DNA of 63,623 nt, filler included. It is 4 parts of 4 records of this genome, joined end to end, with 100 filler letters (N's around TTAATTAATTAA, not from the genome) between each part and the next. Parts side by side here need not be neighbours in the genome. Positions count along the whole stretch, not along the records: positions 14,011 to 35,694 come from SRR22947725_3706; positions 35,795 to 49,829 come from SRR22947725_3713; 2 more parts are not named here. One strand, given 5' to 3'. The notes beneath the pieces were generated by a model. It did no database searches and was not told where the DNA came from. It saw nothing but the letters and a program-made list of their open reading frames with translations. How positions within the stretch are numbered: the first letter of the stretch is position 1; each line of letters opens with the position of its first letter. The position numbers and the translations under genes are program-made. Of the stretch, positions 29,767 through 40,058 are shown piece by piece.

Positions 29767-30753
29767 ATGACTGATCAGAAAAAATTGAATATTCCTGAAT
29801 TGAGCGATGTCAAAAAAGCGCATGAGCGGATTTCGCCGCATATTCACTGCACACCAATTGTGACAAGTCAGTTTCTTGATGCGAAAACGGGTGCCGAGCT
29901 TTTTTTCAAATGCGAGAATTTTCAAAAGGCAGGCGCGTTTAAGGTGCGCGGGGCGTCAAACGCTGTTTTTGGCCTCGATGATGCAACTGCGGCGAAAGGG
30001 GTCGCCACGCATTCATCGGGCAATCATGCGCTGTCGCTAAGCTATGCGGCGGGACGGCGCGGGATTCCTTGCACAGTTGTTATGCCAAAAACCGCACCAC
30101 AGGCGAAAAAAGATGCGGTGATCGGCTATGGCGGCACAATTGTCGAATGTGAGCCGTCAACCACAAGCCGCGAGGCGGTATTTGCCGAAGTTGTTGCCAA
30201 GACGGGTGCCGATTTCGTGCATCCCTATAATGATCCACGGGTGATTGCCGGGCAGGCAACCTGTTCATTGGAATTGATTGATCAAGTAAAAGACCTTGAT
30301 TGTGTTGTTGCGCCCATTGGCGGCGGCGGCATGATTTCGGGCACTTGCCTGACCCTAAGCCATCTTGCGCCATCAATAGAAATTTTCGCTGCCGAGCCTG
30401 AACAGGCGGATGATGCCTATCGCAGTTTCAAGGCAGGGCATATTATTGCCGATGATGCGCCGGTAACGGTTGCAGATGGGCTGAAAGTGCCGCTTAAAGA
30501 TTTAACATGGCATTTCGTATCAAACCATGTGACTGACATTCTAACCGCCAGTGAACAGGAAATCATTGATGCGATGAAACTGACATGGCAGCGTATGAAA
30601 ATGATGATTGAGCCAAGCTGCGCCGTGCCATTGGCGGTTATTTTAAAAAATCCCGATCTATTTCGCGGCAAAAAGGTTGGTGTGATTATTACGGGCGGAA
30701 ATGTTGATTTGGATAAATTACCCTGGATCACAGCTACAGGAGACAAACAGTGA
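29767..30753 (+). CDS. bhcB: Beta-hydroxyaspartate dehydratase
   Basis: PLP type II motifs FKCENFQKAGAFKVRGA and SSGNHA; directly upstream of bhcC/D-like genes. Confidence 0.88.
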   Translation: MTDQKKLNIPELSDVKKAHERISPHIHCTPIVTSQFLDAKTGAELFFKCENFQKAGAFKVRGASNAVFGLDDATAAKGVATHSSGNHALSLSYAAGRRGIPCTVVMPKTAPQAKKDAVIGYGGTIVECEPSTTSREAVFAEVVAKTGADFVHPYNDPRVIAGQATCSLELIDQVKDLDCVVAPIGGGGMISGTCLTLSHLAPSIEIFAAEPEQADDAYRSFKAGHIIADDAPVTVADGLKVPLKDLTWHFVSNHVTDILTASEQEIIDAMKLTWQRMKMMIEPSCAVPLAVILKNPDLFRGKKVGVIITGGNVDLDKLPWITATGDKQ

Positions 30754-31913
30754 ATATGCAGGTAAAATCCGAAGAATTAGAAGTTGGCTATAATATTCCC
30801 GCCATGGTTGGCATGGATGAGGCCGATATCCAGACACCCTGTCTTGTTCTTGATCTTGATGCGCTGGAGCGCAATATCATCAAGATGGGTCAATTCACCA
30901 AAGATAATAATATGCGTCACCGCGTTCATGGCAAGATGCATAAATCGGTTGATGTGGCGCTGCTCCAAGAAAAGCTTGGCGGCAGTTGCGGTGTTTGCTG
31001 CCAGAAGGTCAGTGAAGCTGAGGCGTTTGTGCGCGGCGGTATCAAGGATGTTCTGGTGTCTAATCAGGTTCGTGATCCGGCCAAAATTGACCGGTTGGCA
31101 CGTCTGCCAAAGCTTGGTGCGCGGGCAATTTGCTGTGTTGATGATCTGGCGAATATCGCTGATTTGTCGGCGGCCGCGGTAAAGCATGGAACCCAAATTG
31201 AATGTCTTGTTGAAATTGATTGTGGTGCAGGGCGATGCGGCGTTCAATCGACCGAAGATGTGGTGGTGATTGCGACGGCGATTGACGCGGCTGAGGGGTT
31301 GAAATTTGCCGGACTTCAGGCCTATCAGGGCGCAATGCAGCATCTTGACGATTATCAGGAACGCAAAGCCAAAATTGAGATTGCGGTTGCGATGGTGGCC
31401 GAGGCTGTTGCGGCGCTGAAATCAGTTGGGCTGGAATGTGATATTGTTGGCGGTGGCGGCACCGGATCATATTATTTTGAGGGTGAATCGGGCGTCTATA
31501 ACGAATTGCAATGTGGTTCCTACGCCTTCATGGATGCTGATTATGGCCGTATTCTGGACCGTGACGGCAAACGGATTGATCAGGGCGAATGGCAAAATGC
31601 GCTTTTCCTTCTAACCTCGGTGATGAGCCATGCCAAGGCCGATAAAGCGATTTGTGACGCTGGCCTGAAAGCCCAATCGGTCGATAGTGGCTTGCCGGTT
31701 ATTTTTGGCCGAACCGATGTCGAATATATCAAATGTTCAGATGAACATGGTGTGATTGCCGATCCTGACGGCGTGCTGAAAGTTGGCGACAAATTAAAGC
31801 TGGTGCCAGGTCATTGTGACCCGACCTGCAATGTCCATGATTGGTATGTTGGTGTCCGCAATGGCAAGGTCGAAGCTCTTTGGCCAATTACTGCACGCGG
31901 CAAGGCATTCTAG
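30750..31913 (+). CDS. bhcC: Beta-hydroxyaspartate aldolase
   Basis: EVGYNIPA...IQTPCLVLDLDALERNI, HGKMHKS, ELQCGSYAFMD, PGHCDPTCN. Confidence 0.9.
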   Translation: MNMQVKSEELEVGYNIPAMVGMDEADIQTPCLVLDLDALERNIIKMGQFTKDNNMRHRVHGKMHKSVDVALLQEKLGGSCGVCCQKVSEAEAFVRGGIKDVLVSNQVRDPAKIDRLARLPKLGARAICCVDDLANIADLSAAAVKHGTQIECLVEIDCGAGRCGVQSTEDVVVIATAIDAAEGLKFAGLQAYQGAMQHLDDYQERKAKIEIAVAMVAEAVAALKSVGLECDIVGGGGTGSYYFEGESGVYNELQCGSYAFMDADYGRILDRDGKRIDQGEWQNALFLLTSVMSHAKADKAICDAGLKAQSVDSGLPVIFGRTDVEYIKCSDEHGVIADPDGVLKVGDKLKLVPGHCDPTCNVHDWYVGVRNGKVEALWPITARGKAF

Positions 31914-31952
31914 GCTTGGAAATAACGGCCAAAGGCACCGCAAAAAAGGAAA

Positions 31953-32948
31953 ATGGATATCATGATTAAAACCAGCGACGGCGTTGTCATCGTTCGTGAA
32001 GATGTGTGCCATGATGTTGTGAGTGACAGGGATGCCTTTGTCGCGGTTGAAGGTGTTTTTGCGGCGATGGCGGCGGGCGATGCGGTGAATTTTCCGGTTG
32101 TGCGCGAGGCGATTGGCCATGCTGATGCGCTTTATGGCTTTAAATCGGGCTTTGACCGGGCTGGCATGGCGCTTGGCGTGAAATCAGGTGGATACTGGCC
32201 GCAGAATATGGCCAATGCGGGCATTAGCAACCACCAATCAAGCGTTTTTCTGTTTGATCCCGATACTGGACGGTTGCAAGCTATTATCGGTGGCAATTAT
32301 TTAACCGCAGTTCGCACGGCCGCCGCCGCAGCGGTTTCGATAAGTCATCTTGCCCGCCTCGATGCTTCGGTTCTAGGCATGATGGGGGCTGGCCATCAAT
32401 CAGTTTTCCAATTACGCGCCGCGATGCAACAGCGTCAATTCAGCAAGATTTTAGGCTGGAACCGGTCAGCCGATGGCTTATCGCGTCTTGCCAAGCTAGC
32501 CGATGAACATGCAATTCCGTTTGAGGCGGTGACGCCGGATGCAATGGCACAAGCCGATGTGATCATCACCATCACCTCGTCGCATCAACCCTTTTTGATG
32601 GCCGAGCACGTCAGCCCGGGAACGCATCTTGTCTGTATGGGAACCGATACCAAGGGCAAACAGGAAATCGACCCGGCATTATTTTCGGTTGGCACCTGTT
32701 TTACCGATGAAGTGGCGCAATCAGTGACGATTGGCGAGGCGCAGCATGCCATTGCCGCAAATCTTGTTGCCGAAGGGGCAATTGTGCCAATCGGCAGCGT
32801 TATCAATAAAGATCATGGTGGCCGGACACGCGATGATGAAATCACTATTTTTGACGGCACCGGCGTTGGTTTGCAGGATCTGGCGCTGGCGTCAGTGGCC
32901 ATGCGCCGCGCAATCGAGGCAGGATCGGCAACAACCGTTTCATTCTGA
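31953..32948 (+). CDS. bhcD: Iminosuccinate reductase (ornithine cyclodeaminase/mu-crystallin family)
   Basis: NFPVVREAIGHADALYGFKSGFD, LTAVRTAA, MGTDTKGKQE, FDGTGVGLQD. Confidence 0.88.
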   Translation: MDIMIKTSDGVVIVREDVCHDVVSDRDAFVAVEGVFAAMAAGDAVNFPVVREAIGHADALYGFKSGFDRAGMALGVKSGGYWPQNMANAGISNHQSSVFLFDPDTGRLQAIIGGNYLTAVRTAAAAAVSISHLARLDASVLGMMGAGHQSVFQLRAAMQQRQFSKILGWNRSADGLSRLAKLADEHAIPFEAVTPDAMAQADVIITITSSHQPFLMAEHVSPGTHLVCMGTDTKGKQEIDPALFSVGTCFTDEVAQSVTIGEAQHAIAANLVAEGAIVPIGSVINKDHGGRTRDDEITIFDGTGVGLQDLALASVAMRRAIEAGSATTVSF

Positions 32949-33100
32949 TCGACAGCCGCAAAAAACGGCTGGCAAAAGATTGGCGTCATGTCTGTGCCAA
33001 AATCAAAAACAGCCTTTGCATTTGCTGGATGCAGCATGTCTCAATGACGTTGGCCTCAATGTTTCTGGCCGGTATTATAACGCACTGTTAGGTTACGCGG

Positions 33101-34708
33101 CTAGCCAAGATCAAAGAAATCATTGCCCTTATCATCCATCACGATGAAGGCTGGAAAATTTTCAACTTCGATTTTCCAGACGGCTTCCATGCCAAGCTCT
33201 GGATATTCCAAAACTTCGATTTTCTTGATTGATTCAAGTGCCAGTTTGGCGGCAACTCCGCCAATTGAGCCAAGATAAAAACCACCATGTTCTTTGCAGG
33301 AATCGCGAACAATGCGTGACCGGTTGCCCTTGGCAAGCATCACCATTGACCCGCCATTGGCCTGAAAGGTTGGAACATAGGAATCCATGCGGCCAGCCGT
33401 GGTTGGGCCAAATGACCCCGATGCCATGCCTTTTGGGGTCTTTGCTGGCCCCGCATAATAAACTGGATGGTTTTTGAAATAATCGGGCAATTGGCCATCT
33501 TGATCCAGCCGTTCCAGCAATTTGGCATGGGCAATGTCGCGCGCCACGATCAACGGGCCAGTGAGCGCAAGCCGCGTTTCAACCGGATGGGCGCTAAGGC
33601 TTGCCAGGATCTCGCTCATCGGCTTGTTCAGATCGATGGCAACAACATCATCTTCGGGCTGATCGGATAGGTCGGGCAGGAATTTTGCCGGATCGCGCTC
33701 TAAGGTTTCGATAAACAGCCCTTCGGGAGTGATTTTGGCAAAAGCTTGCCGGTCCGCCGAGCAGGACACGCCAATGCCAATCGGGCAAGAGGCACCGTGA
33801 CGCGGCAAGCGAATGACGCGTACATCATGGCAATAATATTTACCGCCAAATTGCGCGCCAATGCCAAGGTCACGGGTGATTTGCAGGATTTCTGCTTCCC
33901 AATCGAGATCGCGCCATGCATGACCAAGCGCATTGCCTTCGGTTGGCAGGTTATCAAGCGCCTTGATTGATGCCATTTTGACCGTCTTCATCGTCAGTTC
34001 GGCTGATGTGCCACCAATCACAATCGCAAGGTGATAGGGCGGACAGGCAGAGGTGCCAAGCTCTATAATGGCGGTGCGGACAAACTCGCGGAGCGACTCA
34101 GGATTGAGAACGGCTTTGGTTTTCTGATGCAAAAAGGCTTTGTTTGCTGATCCACCACCCTTTTGAATAAAGGCGAATTTATATTCAAGGCCTTTGCCGG
34201 CGTTGATTTCGATCTGCGCCGGAAGGTTGGTGGCAGTATTGCTTTCTTCAAACATGCTATGCGCTGCAAGCTGTGAAAAGCGCAAATTGCAATTTTGATA
34301 AGTGTTGTAAATGCCGCGCGATAGCGCCTCGCCATCATCACCATTGACCAAAACATGATCACCACGATAACCAGTTACCAGTGCCGTGCCAGTATCTTGG
34401 CACATTGGCAACAGGCCTTCGGCGGAAATAACGGCGTTTTTCAGCATTTCCAATGCGACAAACCGGTCATTCTTGGTGGCTTCGGGATCTTTGAGAATAT
34501 CGGCAAGCTGGCCAAGATGGCTGCTTCGAAGCAGATGTGAAATATCGGTGAAGGCACGTTCGGCGAGAAGGGTTAGGCCTTCCGGATCAACCCGAAGGAA
34601 GGTTTCGCCCGCCATTTCGACAAGCCGGACATGATCGCTGGACACTAGCTCATATTCGGTTGTGTCGGCGGTTGTTGGAAACATCGGGCTATAGGCAAAA
34701 TCGGCCAT
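33101..34708 (-). CDS. Fumarate hydratase class I (Fe-S)
   Basis: [36 protein letters not shown]. Confidence 0.93.
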   Translation of the reverse strand: MADFAYSPMFPTTADTTEYELVSSDHVRLVEMAGETFLRVDPEGLTLLAERAFTDISHLLRSSHLGQLADILKDPEATKNDRFVALEMLKNAVISAEGLLPMCQDTGTALVTGYRGDHVLVNGDDGEALSRGIYNTYQNCNLRFSQLAAHSMFEESNTATNLPAQIEINAGKGLEYKFAFIQKGGGSANKAFLHQKTKAVLNPESLREFVRTAIIELGTSACPPYHLAIVIGGTSAELTMKTVKMASIKALDNLPTEGNALGHAWRDLDWEAEILQITRDLGIGAQFGGKYYCHDVRVIRLPRHGASCPIGIGVSCSADRQAFAKITPEGLFIETLERDPAKFLPDLSDQPEDDVVAIDLNKPMSEILASLSAHPVETRLALTGPLIVARDIAHAKLLERLDQDGQLPDYFKNHPVYYAGPAKTPKGMASGSFGPTTAGRMDSYVPTFQANGGSMVMLAKGNRSRIVRDSCKEHGGFYLGSIGGVAAKLALESIKKIEVLEYPELGMEAVWKIEVENFPAFIVMDDKGNDFFDLG

Positions 34709-34795
34709 GGCTAAATCCTGTAAATATCAAATGGCAAATGAACAGATATTTGGCATGGCATGCACGTAGCGGCCTGCCAGCCGATCATTGGATTT

Positions 34796-35308
34796 TTATT
34801 TTGTCGGTCTTTTTCGGAAGGTGTCAAGCGACACAACATCGGCACTATTGCCAGAGGCATCATCATTGCTTTGCGCTGGCTGATCATCTGATGGCGGGAT
34901 GTCGTCATCATGATCATCTTCATCGCTGTCATCATCGTCGGCAGTGCCGAATTGTAACCCAAAGCCAACCGACGGGTCGTTAAAGCTGGTCACGGCCTCA
35001 AAGGGAATGATCATCGGGCTTGGCTTGCCGCCAAAGAATAAAGTGACCGAAAATTCATCTTCCCCAACAATCAAATCGGCAAATTGATGCTGGAGAACGA
35101 TTGTCATAGTTTCTGGATGTTTGGCGCGAAGATGATCATCGATTTCAACACCTTTATAGGTTGTTGAAAAGCCAATATAGAAATGCGTTTCACCGGGCAG
35201 CCCAACCTTTTGCACAATGCTAAGCGACGATCGAACCACCGACCGAAGCGCATCTTCTACCAAAAGTTCATAATTCAAGCCGGTTTGCAGCATGTCGTTA
35301 TCGGTCAT
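34796..35308 (-). CDS. sspB: Alphaproteobacterial ClpXP adaptor SspB
   Basis: GLPGETHFYIGF, MTIVLQHQF, FNDPSVGFGLQF, C-terminal VVSLDTFRK; directly downstream of ssrA. Confidence 0.9.
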   Translation of the reverse strand: MTDNDMLQTGLNYELLVEDALRSVVRSSLSIVQKVGLPGETHFYIGFSTTYKGVEIDDHLRAKHPETMTIVLQHQFADLIVGEDEFSVTLFFGGKPSPMIIPFEAVTSFNDPSVGFGLQFGTADDDDSDEDDHDDDIPPSDDQPAQSNDDASGNSADVVSLDTFRKRPTK

Positions 35309-35396
35309 GAGGTTTTGGTCTTTCTGTGGCATCGGGCAGGGTGATGGAAAATCGATAGATGAACATGCACCTTTGTTATTGATTGGCCAAGGCAAA

Positions 35397-35694
35397 GCGG
35401 AACGCTTCTGTTGCCAGGTGCGCCCCAAACCCCGCCAGACCGAGCTCAATCGATCTGGACTTAAGATCGGTTACTCCCGCTGCCTTTAGGCTGCGATTGC
35501 TACCGGAGCAGTGTTGTCATTTGCAACTACTACATGGCCCGATAACGGCGGGTACCATACCGAGCAAAAATACTGCCTTTACCACATGCGTCGATCCTAT
35601 TTCGCCCCCAATCTTTTAGCCCAAATTCTGCTGCTGGCCGTGATGGCCATCGTTTCGGGCTAAAATGGTGGAGGCGCCGGGTACCGCCCCCGGG
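35397..35694 (-). ncRNA. ssrA: Permuted two-piece tmRNA (5' end of acceptor piece cut by contig end)
   Basis: Acceptor piece ...GGGGGCGGTACCCGGCGCCTCCACCA ends at 35666; intervening segment 35665-35610; coding piece starts GGGGGCGAAATAGGATCGAC at 35609; tag frame 35524-35486 reads ANDNTAPVAIAA*. Confidence 0.95.
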
Positions 35695-35794
35695 NNNNNN
35701 NNNNNNNNNNNNNNNNNNNNNNNNNNNNNNNNNNNNNNTTAATTAATTAANNNNNNNNNNNNNNNNNNNNNNNNNNNNNNNNNNNNNNNNNNNN
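35695..35794. other. Artificial contig spacer
   Basis: N run with TTAATTAATTAA at 35739-35750. Confidence 0.98.
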
Positions 35795-36953
35795 CAGAAA
35801 GGCGGATTTTTAAGTTTGACCCAATTGGGATCTCTCTTTCTTTTGTCATTACTTTATCATCAAGTGAGACGATAGAGTAACCTCTTTCAAGAATTCTTTG
35901 TGGATTGAGTAGATCCAGTTTTGTTTTGAGAGTCTTTAGCTTATAATTGTGGCTTTCCATACTCCTTTCAAGAGCGGTGATGAGTCTGTTGCTTTGTTCA
36001 TCGATAAACATTTTCTTTTCTTGGTAGGGCCGCATGGGGTCCCGTAAAACGTAGGAATTCGCTAGGCGGTCTAGCCTCTGAGAAAGTCGGCTAACCTTGA
36101 GCTGTAGAGCAGAGTTTAGACGCCTTTTTAGATTGTCGATTTTATTCCTGAAGTCGTCTTTTTGAGCAATGACGATCTCTGCAGCTGCAGATGGAGTGGG
36201 TACGCGTAGGTCGGCGACAAAATCGGCAATTGTGAAATCAACTTCATGGCCAATGGCGCTGATGACGGGAATGTTACTTTCGGCGATGGCTCTAGCGACG
36301 GATTCGAGGTTGAATTGCCAGAGGTCTTCGAGGCTTCCTCCTCCGCGTGTGACAATGATGACATCTGCCAGATCTAGTTTATTGCACAGGCGTACTGCTG
36401 CGGCAATTTTAGGGGCAGCCCCTTCACCTTGAACGGGGACGGGAATAATTTTGATATTAATATTCGAGAATCGCCGATCAATGACATTTAGAAAGTCTCG
36501 TAAGGCAGCGCCATCAGTTGAGGTAATGACGGCAATAGTGGAAGGGAAAGAGGGAATCGCCTTTTTTCGTTCAGGCTCAAAAAGCCCTTCTGCGGCTAAT
36601 TTATTTTTTAGCTCTTCAAAATCGGCCATCAGTTGACCGATGCCTTTGGGGCGAATTTTATTGACGTTGATTTGGTAATTGCCACGAGCTTCATAGACCG
36701 TCAATCTTCCAAAGAGTTCAATTTCGGCACCTTCGCGAATTTTATGTCGATTGAATTCTTGAGAGCCCGAGAAGTAAACAGCACTTATTTGAGAGCGACT
36801 GTCTTTGAGAGTGAAATAGACATGGCCAGAGCGATGTATGGTTAGATTACCGACTTCACCACTTATCCAAAGGGGGAAAAAGCCATCTTCAATAAGCTCG
36901 CGTAGACAGTGTGAGAGTTCACTGACGGACCATATTTTAGCGGTACTATCCAT
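35795..36953 (-). CDS. xseA: Exodeoxyribonuclease VII large subunit (3' truncated)
   Basis: SGHVYFTLKD, RGGGSLEDLW, SAIGHEVD, PTPSAAAE, LERGYS. Confidence 0.95.
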
Positions 36954-36955
36954 AT

Positions 36956-37435
36956 TTACTTTCGCAGAGCTTTGTGATTCAGTTTTAATCTTTGGCGATT
37001 GACTTCTTGCCATAGAGTATCACTCTTGCTAATTATTTTCACGAGCTTATTTGTCGAAATACCGTAGATGTTGGCAACTGTGGACATCTGCCAATCATTA
37101 TCATGAAAATGATCGAAAAGAACAGCGCAAAAATGGGGGTAGAGTTTATTTGAGGGGTTCATGTCTAATTGGCCTTTCCAGGGGATAGCTGTTAGGCGAA
37201 TCTCAAAAGCGACTTGAAGTTTTAGGCGGCGTACGGCTTTACTGCGGTTAATAGATTGTTTGCGGTCTTCAGACGCAGTGGCGGCGATAGGAGACTCTTT
37301 TAAGGTAAGTCTGACGGCAGATTCAGTCTTGTTTTTTTTCTGGCCGCCAGGTCCGCGAGCTTTGTAAAAATCACAAAGACAGTGTTTTAAAAACTCTTGT
37401 TCTTCTAGAAGAAGTAAATTATTTCTATCGGTCAA
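36956..37435 (-). CDS. Peptide chain release factor-like protein (stand-alone GGQ domain)
   Basis: ARGPGGQKKNKTESAVRL and SEDRKQSINR; too short to contain codon-recognition domains; TTG start overlaps the nagB stop. Confidence 0.8.
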   Translation of the reverse strand: MTDRNNLLLLEEQEFLKHCLCDFYKARGPGGQKKNKTESAVRLTLKESPIAATASEDRKQSINRSKAVRRLKLQVAFEIRLTAIPWKGQLDMNPSNKLYPHFCAVLFDHFHDNDWQMSTVANIYGISTNKLVKIISKSDTLWQEVNRQRLKLNHKALRK

Positions 37436-38217
37436 TAGTGCCTCTGCCAGTCCGGTTTGTTTTCATACGCCCACTTATAGTAGTCGTAGTTTTTTAAATT
37501 GGCAGCAGCTTCTTCGTCAACAACGACGATAGTTGATGGGTGCATTTGGAGAGCGGAAGCAGTTACCCATGATGTTATAGGGCCTTCAGCGGCATCTGCG
37601 ATAATCTGGGCTTTCGCACTTCCCGTAGCAAGTAATATGACTTTGTGGGCGGCCATAATTGTCGCAACGCCCATGGTGAGGGCATGTCTTGGGACTTGCT
37701 CTTGTGAGCCGAAAATGGGGCCATTTTGCTCAATTGTTTCTTGAGTGAGGGTTTTAATTCTTGTTCTGGAGGCAAGAGATGAACCTGGTTCATTGAAGCC
37801 AATATGACCATCTGTACCGATTCCCAAGAGTTGTAAGTCGATACCACCTTGTTCATTGATGTAGTTTTCGTAATTTTCGCACTCGAGAGGAATGTCTTGT
37901 GCTGTTCCATCAGGAAGCTGAGTATTTTCAGCTTTGATATTTATATGATTAAAAAGTTTGTCATTCATATAATAGCGGTAAGACTGCGGGTGATCAGCTT
38001 CTAGACCGACGTATTCATCAAGATTGACAGATTTAATGTGGCTGAAGTCCAATGAGTCTTTTTGGTGAAAGTGGATGAGTTCTTGATAGACACTTTCCAT
38101 GGTTCTTCCTGTTGCCAGTCCAAGTAAGGAGTTCTTTTTATTATGGATTTGTGAAGCAATGATTTTGGCGACGGTAGATTCGGCGTCTTTTTTATTTTTG
38201 GTAATGATGATTTCCAT
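37432..38217 (-). CDS. nagB: Glucosamine-6-phosphate deaminase
   Basis: LGLATG, NLDEYVGL, LGIGTDGHIGFNEPG, ALTMGV. Confidence 0.95.
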   Translation of the reverse strand: MEIIITKNKKDAESTVAKIIASQIHNKKNSLLGLATGRTMESVYQELIHFHQKDSLDFSHIKSVNLDEYVGLEADHPQSYRYYMNDKLFNHINIKAENTQLPDGTAQDIPLECENYENYINEQGGIDLQLLGIGTDGHIGFNEPGSSLASRTRIKTLTQETIEQNGPIFGSQEQVPRHALTMGVATIMAAHKVILLATGSAKAQIIADAAEGPITSWVTASALQMHPSTIVVVDEEAAANLKNYDYYKWAYENKPDWQRHY

Positions 38218-38361
38218 TAATGGGGCCTGTAGATATTTAGTATTTAACACATACGATAATTATGTATCTCTTTTAAATCAAGAATCAATTGAAAATTTGT
38301 CGGTAAAAAAGCTATAATTAAGAAGGAAGGAATGATGGGTTAAGTGGTTGAATAAAAGAGA

Positions 38362-39432
38362 ATGAAGAAGTTTTTTTCAAATATTTTTGGCGCTAAAAAG
38401 AAGTCGATCGAGAAGCCCGAGCAGGGGCTCGGAGATTTGATGGACTTTTTGGAAACGAAGGTTTTTCCTTGTAGTGAATGCGGCCATTTTTACCAATTAG
38501 ATCAACCCGAGCCTTTGAGTGTTGCTGAGTGCTCTCAGTGTGGAGCCGGTAATTTTGTTCCTCGTAAAGTGGGGCCGTTTTGGCTTTATTGCTTTTGTGC
38601 TCATGGAGGCATGGGTCGGGTTTATAAGGCGACTTGTAGTTTAACTCCCGGCATTGAATATGCTGTTAAAATACTGCCAACGGAAATGCGGGATAATGAA
38701 GAGGTTGAGGGCTTGTTGCGCAGAGAGGCAGAACTGACTTTACTTTTTAGTGAGCACCCCAATTCAGTGACGGTAGTTGAGTGTGACAAAGATGAAGATA
38801 TTGTTTATATGGCGACTGAATTCATCGAGGGTTTGACTCTCGATGCTTATATTGAAGAAAAGGGCAAGCTTTCAGAGGAAGTCGCTTTGGGCTTGTGCTT
38901 TCAATTAATTCAAATTTTAAGTCACATTCATGCGAAGGGGTATCTGTACCGGGATTTGAAGCCACAGAATATCATAATTGATAGCGATGATCAGTTAACC
39001 CTCATGGATTACGGTATTTGTCTGCCGAAAGGCCTTGTGGCTCGTTCAGATAGTGCGGAGGATGCAGATGGCTCACCTCATTACTTACCGCCAGAGCGTA
39101 TAACAGACGAAGGTGAAGATTTCCGCAGTGAAATTTATAGTCTTGGAATGTTGATGTATTATATGTTGACTGGCCGAACCTACTTTGCTGCGGAATCAAG
39201 ACAGGCGATTGCAGAGAAGCATGTGGATCCTTCACGGAAAGAGAATTTAGCGCAAGAGATGCCGCTCGTCAGTAGTGATTTAGTCGACCTCTTGACTCGT
39301 ATGGTAAAACGAGAAAAACGCAAAAGAGTTCAGACTTTACAGGAAGTGCAGTCTGTTGTTATCTACGCGGGTAAAAAGAAAAAGATCTTTGAAGAAACAT
39401 TTACAGCTGAAAGCCAAGCAGCGACTTTATAG
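38362..39432 (+). CDS. Ser/Thr protein kinase with N-terminal zinc ribbon
   Basis: CSECG...CSQCG, GGMGRVYKA, AVK, YRDLKPQN, DYG, YLPPE. Confidence 0.88.
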   Translation: MKKFFSNIFGAKKKSIEKPEQGLGDLMDFLETKVFPCSECGHFYQLDQPEPLSVAECSQCGAGNFVPRKVGPFWLYCFCAHGGMGRVYKATCSLTPGIEYAVKILPTEMRDNEEVEGLLRREAELTLLFSEHPNSVTVVECDKDEDIVYMATEFIEGLTLDAYIEEKGKLSEEVALGLCFQLIQILSHIHAKGYLYRDLKPQNIIIDSDDQLTLMDYGICLPKGLVARSDSAEDADGSPHYLPPERITDEGEDFRSEIYSLGMLMYYMLTGRTYFAAESRQAIAEKHVDPSRKENLAQEMPLVSSDLVDLLTRMVKREKRKRVQTLQEVQSVVIYAGKKKKIFEETFTAESQAATL

Positions 39433-39870
39433 CTTCTTGTTTGTGAGTCGGTTGAGCTTTTGAGTGACTTCACGCTTTTTGATACTTTCGCGTTTATCGG
39501 CTTTGTCTTTACCTTTACAGAGGCCAATAGCAACTTTGACCTTGCCCTTTTTAAGATAAAGCTTTAGAGGGATTAAAGTCATGCCTTTCGTGTCTACTGC
39601 ACGGGAAATTTTGACAATCTCTCTTTTGTGAAGTAGAAGGCGCCTTTTGCGTAAGGGGACGTGGTTGTTGCGATTCCCCTGTTCATAATGAGCTATGTGA
39701 ACATTTAAAAGCCATGCTTCAAGTTTTTCAATCTCGATGAAGCCTTCCTGTAGAGAGATCTGTCTATTTCGGCAGGATTTGACTTCAGTACCTTGGAGCT
39801 CAATACCGGCTTCGTAAGTTTCAAGGATGTGGTAATCGTGGCGTGCTTTTCTATTTTCGGCTAGAGTCAT
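39427..39870 (-). CDS. smpB: SsrA-binding protein
   Basis: NRKARHDY, EAGIELQGTEVKS, RKRRLLLHKREI, KGK..DKRE. Confidence 0.97.
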   Translation of the reverse strand: MTLAENRKARHDYHILETYEAGIELQGTEVKSCRNRQISLQEGFIEIEKLEAWLLNVHIAHYEQGNRNNHVPLRKRRLLLHKREIVKISRAVDTKGMTLIPLKLYLKKGKVKVAIGLCKGKDKADKRESIKKREVTQKLNRLTNKKL

Positions 39871-40058
39871 GTTTGTCTATTCTTGGTAATTTATCTTGAG
39901 TAGATTATTCTTTATTCATTATCTTACAAATAGAATCACAGAATTTACTCTAAACTGTTGGATTGTCCCTAGAAAAATCCTGCATTTTTTTATATGATAA
40001 GAGCACATTGTGTCTATTGCGCAATATTTTATTAAATGGATTATTTAGGCTGGATATA

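Noticed and set aside
35309-35619. N-terminal extension of SspB and small ORFs here
   Set aside because: They overlap the tmRNA coding piece; ATG 35308 is the more likely start.
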